From: Lingula anatina
Lineage: Eukaryota > Animalia > Brachiopoda
Assembly (NCBI GenBank): GCA_051362555.1
Contig: CM120646.1
Location: 14,384,001-14,448,000, forward strand
DNA length: 64,000 nucleotides
Direction: 5' to 3'
Position numbers and translations under genes: made by a program. The notes beneath the pieces were generated by a model, which was given only the letters and a program-made list of their open reading frames with translations, was not told where the DNA came from and ran no database searches. Shown here piece by piece: positions 49,561 to 63,820 of the stretch (positions are counted from its first letter, which is position 1; the number at the start of each line of letters is the position of its first letter).

Positions 49561-52500
49561 ATATTTCTGTGAAGAAGATCTGAAATAGCAATGATATTAA
49601 TAACCACACTTTAGTGAATGAAAAAGCTATGTTGTTTTCCGAGGTCCAAATGATTTCTGAACCTGACCACTACTTTCTTTTACTTTAATATTACACATCA
49701 CCCGCCGATGATCCCCAACATGTAAGATGTCTTAGAAAATATTTACTCTGTCTGCCTTCCTTGACAAAGTACATACAATTTTTTTCTGAAAATAAATGAC
49801 TCTCCCGCCCCCAGGGGGATTCTGGGACCACTGTAGGGTATCCCATGATGCTCTTGCAATTCCGATCGCCGGTGATCCTTGCTAGAAGAATCAATCGACT
49901 GAGTTAAAGACTACACAATTCTTTCACTCACGTGTTTTTCGTGAACGTAGTGGAAGGCGTGTAGTTGTGGATCGAAATTGTCAACTAAGGAAAGGTGTCC
50001 CCAATAGCGATTTCCTAGGTATTTTTTACTGCAAAATACAACCATCACCAACTGATGATCTGGCATGAAGATGGACACCGCGTATCCTATAACTGTGATA
50101 ATGTGGGCGTTTTTCCTTGCCATCTCTACCCACCCACGACAAGAATCTTCTTGATAACGCTGCCAAGTACTCTACTAACATACATAAATACATGAATACA
50201 TTGGGGGAATGATCCTTGCACAGCATTGGGGAAATGTTTCAAAAAAATAAAAAAAATAAAAAAGAAACACAATTGAAACCGAAAGAGGGACAAAAGGTGT
50301 AAAAATCCGAAGGAAAGTAAGGACTCGTAAATTTAGGCATGGAAAATAAACTCAATTCACCTCACCTCTGTTTAACAGCAATATCACAAAATCGGGGTTA
50401 TCATATTTGTGATACCGTTGGTATATTACTAGTGGGAGGGATATAAACTAAGTCCACAAATAAAAGTCATTCAAAAGCAATTTAAAAATCTCCATATCAA
50501 TTCACCTTAATTGTAATATATATGCGTTATTTCATTCATTTAAAATATAACACCCTTTCTATCTAGACTAATTCTCATCTAAAAAGGCTCATTTGAATAG
50601 AAAATTCCCGTAAGAAATATGAAAAAAAAATAGAAGACACAATCACTGTTATAAATATGTCACTTTTCAAGAATCCCTTCTTAATCTGTCGCGCAGACTA
50701 TTATTTATAATTATGTTCGATTATGAATATGAATTGACTACTATTACACAAACAGCTTGGCGTGGTGTTCGTCACGTTTGACACTAAGCCCTCTTCTCTG
50801 AGATATTTGTTTGTATATCGCCGCACACCTTTGTGCATATATCAAAACAAGAGATCTATTAATAATTAATACTTGCTGTATTACCTATGGTATAAAACCT
50901 GTCTAGTAGTTTTTTTACAGCCCGGAAACGAATATTCAAAGTGTTTTCAGGATGCTGAGAAAGGACCAGGTGGTTTGGAGAAGAGAGACTCAAGACCAAT
51001 TACTCAGTCTCAGAACTGACGTGAAATTGCTTTCCAGACTTTTTACCGACTTCAGATCTAGTGGAAATATGCAGATTTACGGCCATTATTTGCTTTTTGT
51101 CTGGGTTTTGGAGGCCACGCCCGTCTCAAGAATTGTTGGCATTTTTTTTTCGAAGTTGAGTAATCCCAGAAAAATGCGCACTAATTACTTTCAAGTGTAC
51201 CTGTGATGTGGCTTATGGAACTACTTCATGTCTGTCGTCAATATTTAAACAAAGCCCCCATTTAAAGAGAGTAATTTCTTTTGCTGTACTATTTTTCTCT
51301 TGCTTCTTCCAAATGTGAATGCACATTGAACATAAAACTTCTGCAAAAATACAACCAAGGTCTTTCAACTAGGGCAAGAGATCGGAAGCGATACTACAAT
51401 TCAACACAGAAAATCAGATTGACAGATAAGTTAAGCTGAGATGAAGATATATATTTTTATATATTTACACGTGCGCGCATGTGTCAGTGCTCCCTAAAAC
51501 CTAATATCATCCTTTTCCTTTATTTACTATCATACGTTTTGCTAACTTCCTACATGTAAGTTACGCCCGACAAAACCAGAGAGGAGCTGATTCTAGGGTT
51601 TCCAGAGTACCAGAGTATCCAGAGTCCGTTTAAAGCAATTTGATTAGGATACGATATAGAATATTTTTAAGTAGAAAAATATATATCAATTTAATAAAAA
51701 TGTGGAAGGCACATTCAGGTAGGCTGGGCGATTGGGGATCTTTCACTCTGGACATTTTGATATGAATTATATATTTTTATCTGTCAAGTTTTTCTGCAGT
51801 TGAAATTAATAGAGAAAAATAATTCTAAATTGAAAGTTGCTTTCTCTTTGCAAATCCTCCGGTTCTCCCTCCCCCCCCCCTCCCCCCCCCACCTCCGAAA
51901 AAAAAGTCTAGCTTTATCAATGAAAGTGGGCGTGGGTGGGGGAAGATGTTTAGGGGACTGTGTAAGGAAGGGACTCCAGGGAAATTTCGACTTTTCGATA
52001 ACGAAGTTAAAAGACGCACGTGACGCAACAAACGATGTGACGTAATGTTTAAAGCAACGTAACGCCTCTCTTTGTCATGCTTACAAGTGTCTTTTGGCCC
52101 TTAAGATTCTATTTTCCAGAAAAGTCCTTTGGTGCTATTTGCAATCATGGCTGCTCAAACAAAGGGGGGAAGCCACATGGTGAATGTACCTATCTTGGTT
52201 AGCACGGACATCCGCAGTTTCCTATAGCATGTCACTCGTCAACGCCATCACGAACGTAAATCAGCACGCTAAAATGGTAAATTTTCCCAAAGGAGAAAGG
52301 AGTAATAAATACACTAAGGGCTTGTTTCATGATGACATCTGCAAACCCAATAGCCATGACCAGTAACGTACCGAAGTATGCATAGCAACATATTTCACAA
52401 CTAAATATATAACTCGTCCTGCCACTGTCTACAAGTACAAATACTTTTATAATCACTACTGAGAAACGCCATTTAATAGTGGTGTTTTTTTTTCAATGAG

Positions 52501-55500
52501 TCGACGTGTCACTGGCAGTTGGTGAAGTTAATTTTCTAACTTCAAATGATAGCTTTTCTCTTAACTGCAAATAAGCATCTGTGGTCATGTCACTTTTGCT
52601 GAAAAGGCTATTTACAAGAAAACTGGGTGCTTATTATAGGGCACCATTTTATTCGGTAATACTAAGATTATGTCAGTTAACTGCAAATAGCGTCAACGAA
52701 CTTTATTTGCAAACTCAAAAAATAATTATATTTCCCTAACCAAAATCTATATCGGAATCGCTGTTAAACCATTATTTTAGTGACTATCAAATTATTTTTT
52801 CAATCTTTTCTCCGCGGTTTCTTTGAATTATTCCCCTAAAAGAAGACAGGATGTATTATGAGCCTTCACAAACATGTCCCGCAATTGTAATTTACACCAA
52901 GCCCTTGTTTTTCTTTAAATGTGATAAATATGGACGTTTTTTCTCATGGCTTCACCACTTCTCCTTCTAAATGGTATGATAAATCATTATTTTAAAAATA
53001 ACTCCCAAAGAACACAATTTGATTTATTTCAAAGAGAGAACCCGTTAAATGTAAATGTCAACTACGCATTCAATCCCGTCGAATGCCCGTTCATATAGGT
53101 ATATCTAAAACTTTGCCCAATCTTGATTATTTCTTTTCGGCGGTACTTAAGACGTGAAGTTAACCCGCCAAGTCGGTTTGACCTTTCCCTCGTTAATCGC
53201 TTAAACGCGGCTTACCTCATACCTGCCAGAGGGCGGGAAAGTTAATGAATCGTAATGAGTGGTAATTGGCGGTAAGTAAACTTTCATTACTGCTGAATGT
53301 GACCAATAACAATAATCACTTAGAGACAATACGAAACTAAAAGTGACATACTATTTAAAAAGGGCTGAGACAATGTTTTTTTATTGTCTAAATTTCGATT
53401 GATAAAACCCTTGCTTTTTACTTTTTTTTTTAAGCAAATAATTTTTCAATGAACCTATGAAACTATTATATCCTTTCATTAAATGAAATAACCGACAAGT
53501 AATGACATAAGATAAGATTAACAGATACGAAAACACGAAAGAAACAAGTATGGGAATGACACAATCGTGTTTCATTACAACAGGAGGTCCCTGTCGTGAT
53601 AATAAATCCACTATTGTTCTTCGCTATACTCTTAACAACAACAATGCACGACAATATCAACAACAACAGTAACCGTGTTCTAATTACCTATGAAAACATA
53701 CAGTTCACACTCCAGCGACATTACCATAACAAGGCACAGCTCCCTTTGGACCTTAAACCGTGGTCTGTCTTGGTAGGGACAGGGCGTGAATCATGTGTGT
53801 CTGTCACGAGTTTTCATCCAAAGATCAGTCGCGTGACAACCCCAACAGAATTAAGTCTCAGAAAACGGTTCCAAGTTAATATTTTCCACGGCACTCTGGT
53901 TTTCAGGTCCCTTCCTGATAAGCTTCCAATTATTTCAAGAGTGAGACTGATTGCTCTTTTGGAAAAAGAAAAAAAACTATCGCCACACTTAGCAATGTGC
54001 TGTCCTCGACGACTAATTGCGCCGCGATTTAGCGACGCTTTCACTTCCAGAATAAGTCACCAAATTCCAAAAATACCAAAAAAGTTACCCTCCAGTTTTA
54101 ATTGCGCTGACCTTCCTACGATAGTCGTTCGCATAAAAGCTAGACCACACTAAAAAGCAGACCGATTGGGAGCAGGGAAAACTTATGCCGTGCACGGTCC
54201 TCGACGTAATAAAAATTTAAATCAGAGACTACGGTATTTGAAGTCGCCGTCATTTTGCCCCGGGTCGCGAGACGGACAACTCTACAGGCGACGTACCGGA
54301 GACGCAAGACTTGTAAACTACGATTGTTTTTGCTCGGCTCCTCCACTGAAACGTTGTTTCTCACAGCTTTTTGAAAACTATCACTGTCAATACGTAGACA
54401 CCAACCCGTTGATGGATGCACTACAAAAGATTTGAAACTGTGGTTACACTTTGCAAGTGACCAGCATCGTCTTAACCACGGATGTGAGCACCTTTGAACT
54501 TTTCCTTTCAAAAAAGAAGTCATCTGGCTTCCGACTGACCTAAAAGCGCGGGCTGATACCGATTTTTATTTGTTATTTTCTTTCAAAATAGCATATTGGC
54601 TTTCGTAAAAAAAAAATATATATATATATATATTTGATATTACATACAAGACGAAGAACGTTTATTATATAAACCAGTGCGGTATTTCATTGCGCATTTC
54701 ACTATCGCCCACAAAGTAATTTTGCATATTACCATATCTATATCACTGAAAATTATGCAAAAAAAAAAAAAAAACAAAAAAAAAAAAACAAAAAGGAAAA
54801 AAAGCTATAAAGAAAAATAAAGAAAAAATTCAAAAGAAAAAAATGTGAAGTATTCCCCGTCATGAATGAATTAATATCAGTTTAATATATTCATTGATGT
54901 ACTAAATATATACTTTGCATGGGCTCCCGCATACCTTCATAATGCGGGCGAGTGAAATAGCTCAATATCAAACTGAGAAAAAAAAGCCCTTACAATGATA
55001 TTTTCGGATCGAAACTGTTCATCAAACTGCCTTCTAATAAGACTAAAATAAGTATAAGTAAACTAGAAGTTAAATTGATCAAACAGCACAGGCACATATA
55101 ACCATTATAACGTTCTGTTGTCTACCTGTATCTTTCAATGTGACTAATTTCGTTCGATTCCGTCCAAAGTCGACATGTGCCCCATGACCGTATGCTGCTA
55201 CACGAAGCCTGCGAGACGCGGTTTTTTGAGAGCGCAACTCCGTAAGACATCCCAGGATCCGATCTTTGTCATGTTAGATAATGCAAGTTAAAAACCAACG
55301 TGTCTGAGGTCTCCTCCATCTCAGTATCACTGCATAGAAGCTACCATGTTGTATAATAGATTGATATTACAGCGACGAGCCGTAGGTAGGAACAACAGCT
55401 TTTCATTAAAATGCAAATGAAGCGGAGGTACTTTTACCGTTGGCGTGCGTATTAATTAATGAACTTGTTTCCGCAGTTCACCTTTCGTAAGGTTGTCGGT

Positions 55501-55607
55501 TGCAAGTTTAACGCTGGGTCAGTGATTTGATTGAACTTAATTTAAGTTTAAATGTGTACCCTATAGACGTAGACTTGTCGGACGTGAGAGCTATATTTGC
55601 TGTCTAA

Positions 55608-55853
55608 GGGCCCATTCCCAGTGACACTGACGTCCTCCATAGATCGATCCAACTCCGTGGGAACTCTCACTGAATGCAATCAGGTTAACTGATCCTCCTG
55701 GCGTTGAGAAGAATACAGGGAAACTGGTGTTTACACGAGTACGTTGGAAGCAGGGGGATTCGTGTTAATTTGTAAATCTGGTAGCATTCAGCGAGAGTCC
55801 TCGCGGTGTTGGATCGATCTTCGTCGAACGATAGTTTTATTGGGAATGAGACC
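55608..55853. mobile_element. PIF/Harbinger-type palindromic MITE (same family as 62697-62880)
   Basis: Ends GGGCCCATTCCCA / TGGGAATGAGACC flanked by TAA and TTA. Internal inverted arms AGATCGATCCAAC..CTCTCACTGAATGC / GCATTCAGCGAGAG..GTTGGATCGATCT. Confidence 0.85.
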
Positions 55854-57926
55854 TTAAATACTGTACCTGGAAATTTTAAAAGACTGTTACCTGTAAAGTG
55901 TAGAACGTGTCTTTGAGAGTAAATGCACGTGGAGTCTTTTCAAAATGAAAAAATGGAATATCAAGGAAATCTTTAAAATTGGGACACAGGAATGAATATG
56001 TACACAAAAAACTGGTGACGGTGATTTTACTGGTGTCGGAAAAGTTGTTTCATCGAAATAGCTACCAAAAATTTCAAAATAACCAAAAGCTGTGGTTAAT
56101 TAAGGTAAATTAAATCATCATTATCATTTTTTTTTCACGATCAAGCTATAACGTCCAAAGCCTAAACCCGCAGTCGAAATGGAGAGATATTATAAAACCG
56201 ATTACCGTTCACGAAGCACCTAATTGTCTTCAAACAACCCTCACGACCTCACATACATCCTACAGGATACAGCGAGACCGTTTTAAATATTTTCTCTTGC
56301 ACCCTAAAAGGCATTATGAAAATCTGGTCAACATCAATTTCCCCCGGTTGCTTTAGAAGGTAATCCCTCGGTACACAGTTGTGGATGAAATGTACATGGT
56401 CATCAATTTCATCCGTTATTTTCCACAGGTTGCGGATGAGATTACTGCTGACGTGTGAGGGTAGGGTCGAGGCTAAGTACATTAAGCGGCGGCGGGGAAA
56501 ACAAGAATTTGTTTTAAGTCTTGTTGACAGTGGACTCAAAGCCTGTTCGCTTTCGGGTGAGAAGAGTACACGTGTGTTTTAATAACCTTGACACACCCCC
56601 AGAGCTAAGCGGAGATGTTTCCAGACGTTCATCGCTTCCTAGGCAATCTATAAAGGTGTGCCATAAAAAAAAAGGAAAGAAAGACCTGTAATCAAGGTTG
56701 ATAAAGATGCTGTTAACTGTAGTGGTCGTAATCGTTTAGTAAACCTACATGTTCAAACATTGCCGTGGTTGGCTTTATATTGATAATACCAATGATGCGT
56801 GGGGCCATTGTTTTACCTATGCTGAGGTCCATCCGTTTTAAGTTACGGTTTTTGTATCACCAAATCAATCATCAAGTCTGAATCAACATGAAGAAACGCA
56901 GTGCGGTGACTTAGTATTTCCGAACCTTCAAGTGTTTGTCCTAACGCAGGTAGTAAGCCAGCCATAATTGGGGGAGAAGACGCCAGGAGAGAAAGGGACA
57001 GTAGACAAAATAACAAAGCGCACGCTCCATGTTTAACCCTACACGCACATGACACGCGTGCTTGGGCTTAGGTGAACACGCACACACACACACGCAGACA
57101 CGCACGTCCAAAGCAAGCAAACACAAGATCCTTCGCACATGCCACCATAGTATAAACGCACGCGTGAACTTTAATTAGAGTAATTTCCCCCACTTTTAGA
57201 ATAGCCTAAATAACCAAGCAATGTCATGTTTCCTTATTTGCTTCAGCTTACACAGTGTTTGCACGCATACACTGAGTAAGTCCAACACCAAGGCAGAGTT
57301 AACATGACCACTGCCTCAACTATGGCTTTCTGTAATTATTAAATATTTAACGTGTGGGATTTACTATTGACTGAGATTCGAACTCGGTAGGATGGGTGTT
57401 ATAGAACACGAAGAGAAGTTTGCGTCCTATGAAGTGCGGAATTAGAAGAATAAGGATAAGATAAAACAAAGACAGTATTTATTTCTTTTTCTAAAGTCTG
57501 GTAAATGATAGACCTACACAGCCAGGCGGGTTGTACAGTTTATTGCCCTATCAAACAAATATATTTTTCATGGGAGTATCAGGCATAATTAGACTAAAAA
57601 TTGAAATCTGAAGCTGTCCACTTTGTCCAAAATGGACAGAGAAAGCTGTGAAAAATTTAAATTTATCCTTGCTGTTGTCACAGCAAAAATGTCAAGACAA
57701 ACCTCCCGAATTGAAATCATTTTGGCCATACTAAAAAATGTCACTAATCACATCCAAGGCGTATTTTATTTCGGATAATTTGCACAACTCATCTCACACA
57801 GTCTCCTCTACTTAAAGTAAAAGGTACCAATTCCCAAAAGTGTTCTGGACAAATAAAGACTGTGGACAGTGCAGGGCAGCGTCAAACAGGGAGTTCGGCA
57901 AGCTCGATGATTGAAATAGTGACCCG

Positions 57927-57929
<3 letters not shown>

Positions 57930-57963
<34 letters not shown>
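57930..57963. repeat. (GA)n microsatellite
   Basis: 17 perfect units. Confidence 0.97.
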
Positions 57964-57965
<2 letters not shown>

Positions 57966-60900
57966 AAAATAATCACTATGCTCTCTTCGCGATGCAATCA
58001 CCTGTGACCTCTCTCTCGCTAATTACTGTCGTAAAAGTCTACCCATCAGACAGCTGGCGACAGTACCCGAGGATGGCTGGTTTTATTACAGTGACAAAAT
58101 AACATTTGTGATTTCTAAATCATGGAAGAACTTACAATTCGGGACAGTCTATGATTGATCGGCACATATGATTGATCGAAAAGTGGCGGGGCAGAAGGCA
58201 AAACTTATGCTGGTGCGTGGTGTCTTAGAGGCTGGTTTCCATTAAAATTTGGTGCTGTGAAGGGCATATATGCTGCTAAATGTTCATATTACTTATTTCA
58301 GAGTAATAAAGATACGCGTTCTTCATAAAATTACTACATTCCTTCTTGCCATGAAAAACCAACGCGATATTTCGCATTTTATACGGACCAATGAAATTTT
58401 CTCGTGCCCAAGCTTTCTTTACAAGCGCCACTGTCTATGAGGAAAAAGTGCCCCCCCTATGTCATCTATATCCACCAAATCAGTCACTAAATTGATATTT
58501 CCATTTAGAACATGCATTTCCTGTTAGTCCATACACTTCCATTGTCACACAAGAGAATCGTATTGGTTATTTTAAGACGAAAATTTCGCCCCTATTACCA
58601 GCATTTTAACAAGTTGCTATAAACCGCATGATACATCAACTCCACGCATACCAGAGCTTGCTCACGTTTGATTTGATAATTAAAATGTGTAAGGGCTCTC
58701 GGTTGGATACACTATAAAATGAGAAAGAAGTCTCGAATATGTTGTACCCACATTTTGAAATGAAGCCTTGAATATTGCCATTATTAAAAAACGTGCATTA
58801 CTATTATCAATTCAGTTCAAGTACTGTTTTAATCAAAAGTGGGAGTGACTTTAAAAAGTGGGCGTGTCCGTATATAAAGAGGCGTGGCCAAAGGTAGGTT
58901 AATAACGGACAAAACGTAATACGTGACACCGTTTAAATGAAAAAAAGAGGTCACATTTGTCTAATTGGCTTGTATTGGATAAGCTCTCCAAGTGGGAGGT
59001 AAAAAAAGCTGGTTGACCACGGGATACCCCCTGGGGCAAAAGGAGGGGTCATTCTGACCTGGAAGGGTCAGCGGTCAACCAGGGAAGAACAATAAAGTTT
59101 GGCATGCACAGATTTTGGATCCATAAATGAAGTATGCTTTTTTATTTATTTTTTTTTTGGGGGGGGGGGGGACCGTTTACGTCTGAAGAGCGTTACTTAA
59201 AAGTTTAATGAAACTTGATTTGGCTACTATGTGCTTTTTTTCTCTCCACCGTGAATATCATAATCTTGACCGTAAATATAATAATTCGGATTGCAAAATT
59301 GAAATAATTAACCATGTGCCAAGTTTCTAGTGCACAGTTTCTTCACCTCATTGGTCACCATTTTTGTTTTTTATAAACCAAAAATTTGCTACTTTCCTCG
59401 TCACACGCATACACGCACACGTATCGCGCGCAATCGCATTCTGTCGAATTCGAATGCTAAATTAAGCCAACAAAATAATAAATAACAAACGAAATAACCT
59501 TGAGATAATCAAAAAATAAATTTGTTGTACTTTCTGACCACCATTCAATTAAAATTCAAAACCCAGTAAAAGAAGATTAAACAACTTATTGTTCCCTTAA
59601 TGGATTAATAGATTCTTTGTATGTTCACCATTTGTGCAGTGGATAGTAATTCTATTTTAGCCTTTGGGAATATTACCTGGCTATCTTAAAAGAAAAAAAG
59701 TAATATTCCAGGCAACTTATGTGTACTGTTCTTTTTTTCAACGGCATGATTAAATGTCCCATATACACTGCATTTGCCATGTACTGTATTCCTCATGCTG
59801 CGTTCTGAATTAAAGATTGCAGAATTACCAGTTTTCAGGTGCCCATAAAATCGCATAAAACGGTATATACGTCGGGGCTAAAGAACTAAGGAATTGCAAC
59901 TTAAAGATACAAAATAACAGTAGCTTAGTTAGCGCCGAGGTTAATTAATCACTAATGTTAAATATTGTACCCCGGGCTCTTTGAAGTCACCACTTTCCTT
60001 AACGATTGGGTAAACTGGGCCTTATGTGATGAGGAGCTCCCGCCCCCCTGAGGTGGTCTGGGTTGACTCCCGGGGTGGCAAAGTTATGCAAGCAATTAAG
60101 GAGAAACATTGTGAACCGGCACCGTGGTCTTGCTCCGTGTATTGTCAGCATATAACCTTGGTCAATTTGCGGCATTTACTAACAATTACCGGTCTTATTC
60201 TGTCAATTGCTTTATCAATGAAGTCGGGCATTGATCGGTCTAAGGGGGTGCTGGCTGCAGGATACGGCTATACACTCGCCGAGAAGGTATTCAAGATACG
60301 CTGCAAGGGCCCCGATGGAAACATGTAATGACAGGGCGAGGTATTGTGAATAGTTGCGACAGTTATCCAGCTTCCACGGCCGCGTGGATAAGTGGGCTTT
60401 CCCGATAACGGTGGAACCAATGCCTACGATATGGCAATAGTTCATTTTATCCGTTGAATCAATGTAGGAAGAATACTTGGTGGTAGCGGCTTTGATTTTG
60501 CGGTTTCTGCTTCAGATCACAAATCATCTGATCCAAGGTAAGCGTAAGGAGATACACTCTGTAGCGGGAAGGGCCACCTAATGAATCAAAAACGGCTACA
60601 CACGTCAAACAAAGGAAAAATAAGGCTTATATGCAACGCTCCTTTTTTAAACCCTTTGTTGTCTGCTTTTCCGTCTGTTCAATTGCTGGTCAAACCGACG
60701 ATCACTATCTTTGCCTCCCGCCCTTTAATATCAAGTGCTTCCATTTTTTGCTCTGTTCTTATTTCTCATCTCTCTCTCTCCCCCCCCCCCCTCTCTTTTG
60801 CATATTAGTATCGCTACCAAAATGTTGTATAATTCTATGGTTTGTTGCTCTCATCGGCATGACCTGCTTGATGTCGACTTTGTTATCGACGAACTAGACC

Positions 60901-61967
60901 ATACACAATCTGTTTACCAACAATCTGATCTGATGAAAAATTTCCATTTTAAGCGTCACTATAAACATCTCTACACAGTTACTATGACCATTGATTTCCA
61001 TCACTAGTTGTTTAACCATAAACGCACGTCACAATCTCCCACGGCGTTTTTCATGTGAGGCGAAAAACGTCGATTTTATCGCACCTTACCGATGCAGTGT
61101 ACTTGTACGGGTTTGAAACACAATTTCACTGGCTTTCATGTTTGTTGTTTACAATAGTTTAGAACTGTCTTGGTTTCAAGTACAAAAACGTGTGTTTTGA
61201 AGCCATTTCATCGATTTAACTTCAAAGAGAACCGCACAGTGGACCACACTTACGCATCAACAATCTTAAAAAGTTGTATCCCTCTTGTTATAGACCAAAA
61301 AAAGAGTCACATGCATAGCCTAATAATACGTCTTTAGCGTTGGTAACTCTTACTTCAAAGAAGCATTATACCAATCACGAAGTCAGCATCTTATAATCTA
61401 TATCAAAGTAAGCTTTGACCAGATTCTAGGCACTTGCCGTCGTCCAAAATAAAGGCCCTAAATCCCAGGGATACCTCTGATGGTCCCAGCAAGAGCATAT
61501 AGCCCTGAAAATATACTGAGGCCAATGGCATAGGTCATCGGGTTAAACGTATCAAAGAGTTGCTTCGTATGATATAAGGTTGAGCCTTTTTTATCATTTT
61601 CAAAAATCATTATTTACGATTTGGAAGAACCTAAGGAGGCAATGCCGCGAAGTGTATTATAAATGACAAAGAATGAAGACCAAAAGAAGACCAAAGAACG
61701 CTGAAGAAATAATGGTGCTGATGATAAAGATGACAATTAATGATGGTGATGTTGTTGATGCTAATCGAATCGGCTACAGAAGCTGTATAACTGATTGTGC
61801 TGGTGTCGATAGTTAATTTGGCGTCGTTATTTGTTATATAACCGGTACTCCAACCACAAGTTGCATGCAATAATATTAAAATTGGCGTAGATGTGTAGTC
61901 GATGACTGTGATGTGAAAATGCGGAAAGGGGTGACTTTGGTCAAAATCTGTAAAAGCAGTACCGCTG

Positions 61968-62174
61968 GACCCAGTTTCATCAACACTGGAAAGCGCTATC
62001 CTCTGGATAACACTATCCTTTGGATGAAATTGTTATCCTCTGGGCAATTATCCTGTGGGTAAAGTGATGTTTACTAAACCAGTGGTTAAAAAAAGCTGCT
62101 TTCCTAAGGATAATTGCCCAGAGGATAACAGTTTAATTCAAAGGATAGTTATCCATAGTTGATGAAACTGGGCC
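61968..62174. mobile_element. 207-bp PIF/Harbinger-type MITE with internal TATCC/GGATA palindromes
   Basis: 17-bp TIR GACCCAGTTTCATCAAC / GTTGATGAAACTGGGCC (one mismatch) and CTG TSD at 61965-61967 and 62175-62177. Internal perfect inverted repeat TGTTATCCTCTGGGCAATTATCCT / AGGATAATTGCCCAGAGGATAACA. Confidence 0.9.
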
Positions 62175-62696
62175 CTGCTTTTTATGACAGCTATTCTGTT
62201 ATGATGACACTTTGGACGTGCCACAACGTATGACACTGTCATTCCCGTCGATGTGTTGGAGGAGGTGACAAAAACGATAACGACAAGGGTGACATGTGAT
62301 GATTGTGGTTGCGGTGACAAGAGATTCGGGGGCAATTTTGGTCATGGCCGGTGCCGTGGCAAGTTATCCTGTACATGTAGTGGTGACGGTGGTGGTGATG
62401 ATGGTGTTTGTGGTGAGGTAGAGTGAATGGCAGCAGTGTTTAGAATGCCAGTGGGTGCGACGGGGATGTGCCCAAATCATCATGACCCTAGGCTGCTTTA
62501 CCTATGCCATCAATGAATTTAAATTGTTCCTCGAAGTAACCCTGATTTAAACGGACTACTGGGGAGGACCACCGTCATCAATTCATCAACATGCCTCTGT
62601 CGCTTTTTAGAAACGGGGGTTAGTGTAAAATAAGCTTTGAAACTCAGGCTAAGCATACAATGACCGTTGTCTTATGTGACTATATCCCGGATGTAA

Positions 62697-62880
62697 GACT
62701 CCATTCCCATAGAAACCGTCGGTCTAAGTAGATCGATCCAACACTGCGGGGACTTTAGCTGAGTGCAACCAGCTTAACTGGAGGAGGCGTGTCATTCAGT
62801 TAAGCTGATTGCACTCAGCGAAAGTCACCGCAGAGGCGGATCGATCTACGTAGACCGATTGTGCTTATGTGAATGGGGCC
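62697..62880. mobile_element. 184-bp near-perfect hairpin MITE (PIF/Harbinger-type)
   Basis: TAA on both flanks, ends GACTCCATTCCC / GTGAATGGGGCC, inverted arms of about 80 bp around a loop of about 17 nt. Confidence 0.9.
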
Positions 62881-63761
62881 TAAAAGTCCACGTGAACATG
62901 AACGGGGTGACACTGAACCTAAGGATATTTTAATGGGGCGGGCGGAAACCTGCCCAAACAACGTTTTCAACATTCACTTTCAACTGACTGTTTTCTCCTC
63001 GGACCGAAGATATTCAGAATAATTAAAGGACCCAGGTGTCTGCACTTGAGCCTATGGCAGACCACTCTTGTACATCACACTTGTCGTCTGAGCATATGTA
63101 GGCCGAGGCTGTCACTTCAGCCAACACAAAAACGCTTGCCCGCCCCCATGGCAACGTACCGATACGTTAAGGAAACGCACCGACTCTGGGTCATATTTGG
63201 AAACGAGATCAGCCAGCCGTGAAGTGTCACCGTCCTCGTTTGAATCATATGTGGCATTATTCAAGATGTGTCCTTTTTTCCATTCATATGATGATGGACT
63301 ATAACTAACTATTTAGTGGACAAGTGGACCACCACTTGTCGCCAAGGTCAACCGTACCGGTCAGTTACACAGTTTTGATAAAATACTTAATGACGTTGTG
63401 CCTTAAGCGTGAATCTAAAGGACTAACCGTGTTAAGCGATAAACGATGATCGAATACTCACAACTTGCACGTATTACAACCACAAAATAATCTGTTGTCC
63501 TCAGCATGACATAACATGACAATTTTAATTGGATCAGCCTTCCTTTTTAATATTCGTAGCAGCACCTAAGGTTATGCATGTTTTTAACTTACGGTTAATT
63601 GTCAAATTAAGTCTGCTCGATTTCATTTTAACAGAGGCGAAGTTCCGTACTGTCGTGCCAACATTCACTTTTATGTACACGGGTATGGACAGCTTTCAAA
63701 TTTACTTTTAAATATACACGTACATAATGTCAGAATGTCTTATGCATCTTAAAAATCCCTT

Positions 63762-63763
<2 letters not shown>

Positions 63764-63820
<57 letters not shown>
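63764..63820. repeat. (GA)n microsatellite
   Basis: About 28 units with one interruption. Confidence 0.97.

Noticed and set aside
42041-51915. Shared AAAAAAAAGTCTAGCTTT at 42042-42059 and 51898-51915
   Set aside because: Half of it is poly-A and the similarity does not visibly extend. At most these are fragments of a dispersed repeat.
53596-54523. 185-aa plus ORF and overlapping 127-aa minus ORF
   Set aside because: Non-ATG start for the longer ORF, no domain similarity I can recognise, and frames open on both strands suggest a composition effect.
57490-57870. Segment that looks like an interspersed repeat fragment
   Set aside because: Single copy in the window with no TIR or TSD visible. 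A repeat library search is needed to support it.
59536-63337. GACCACC cores as possible Gli sites (near 59536, 62567, 63327)
   Set aside because: None matches the full GACCACCCA consensus and they are not clustered.
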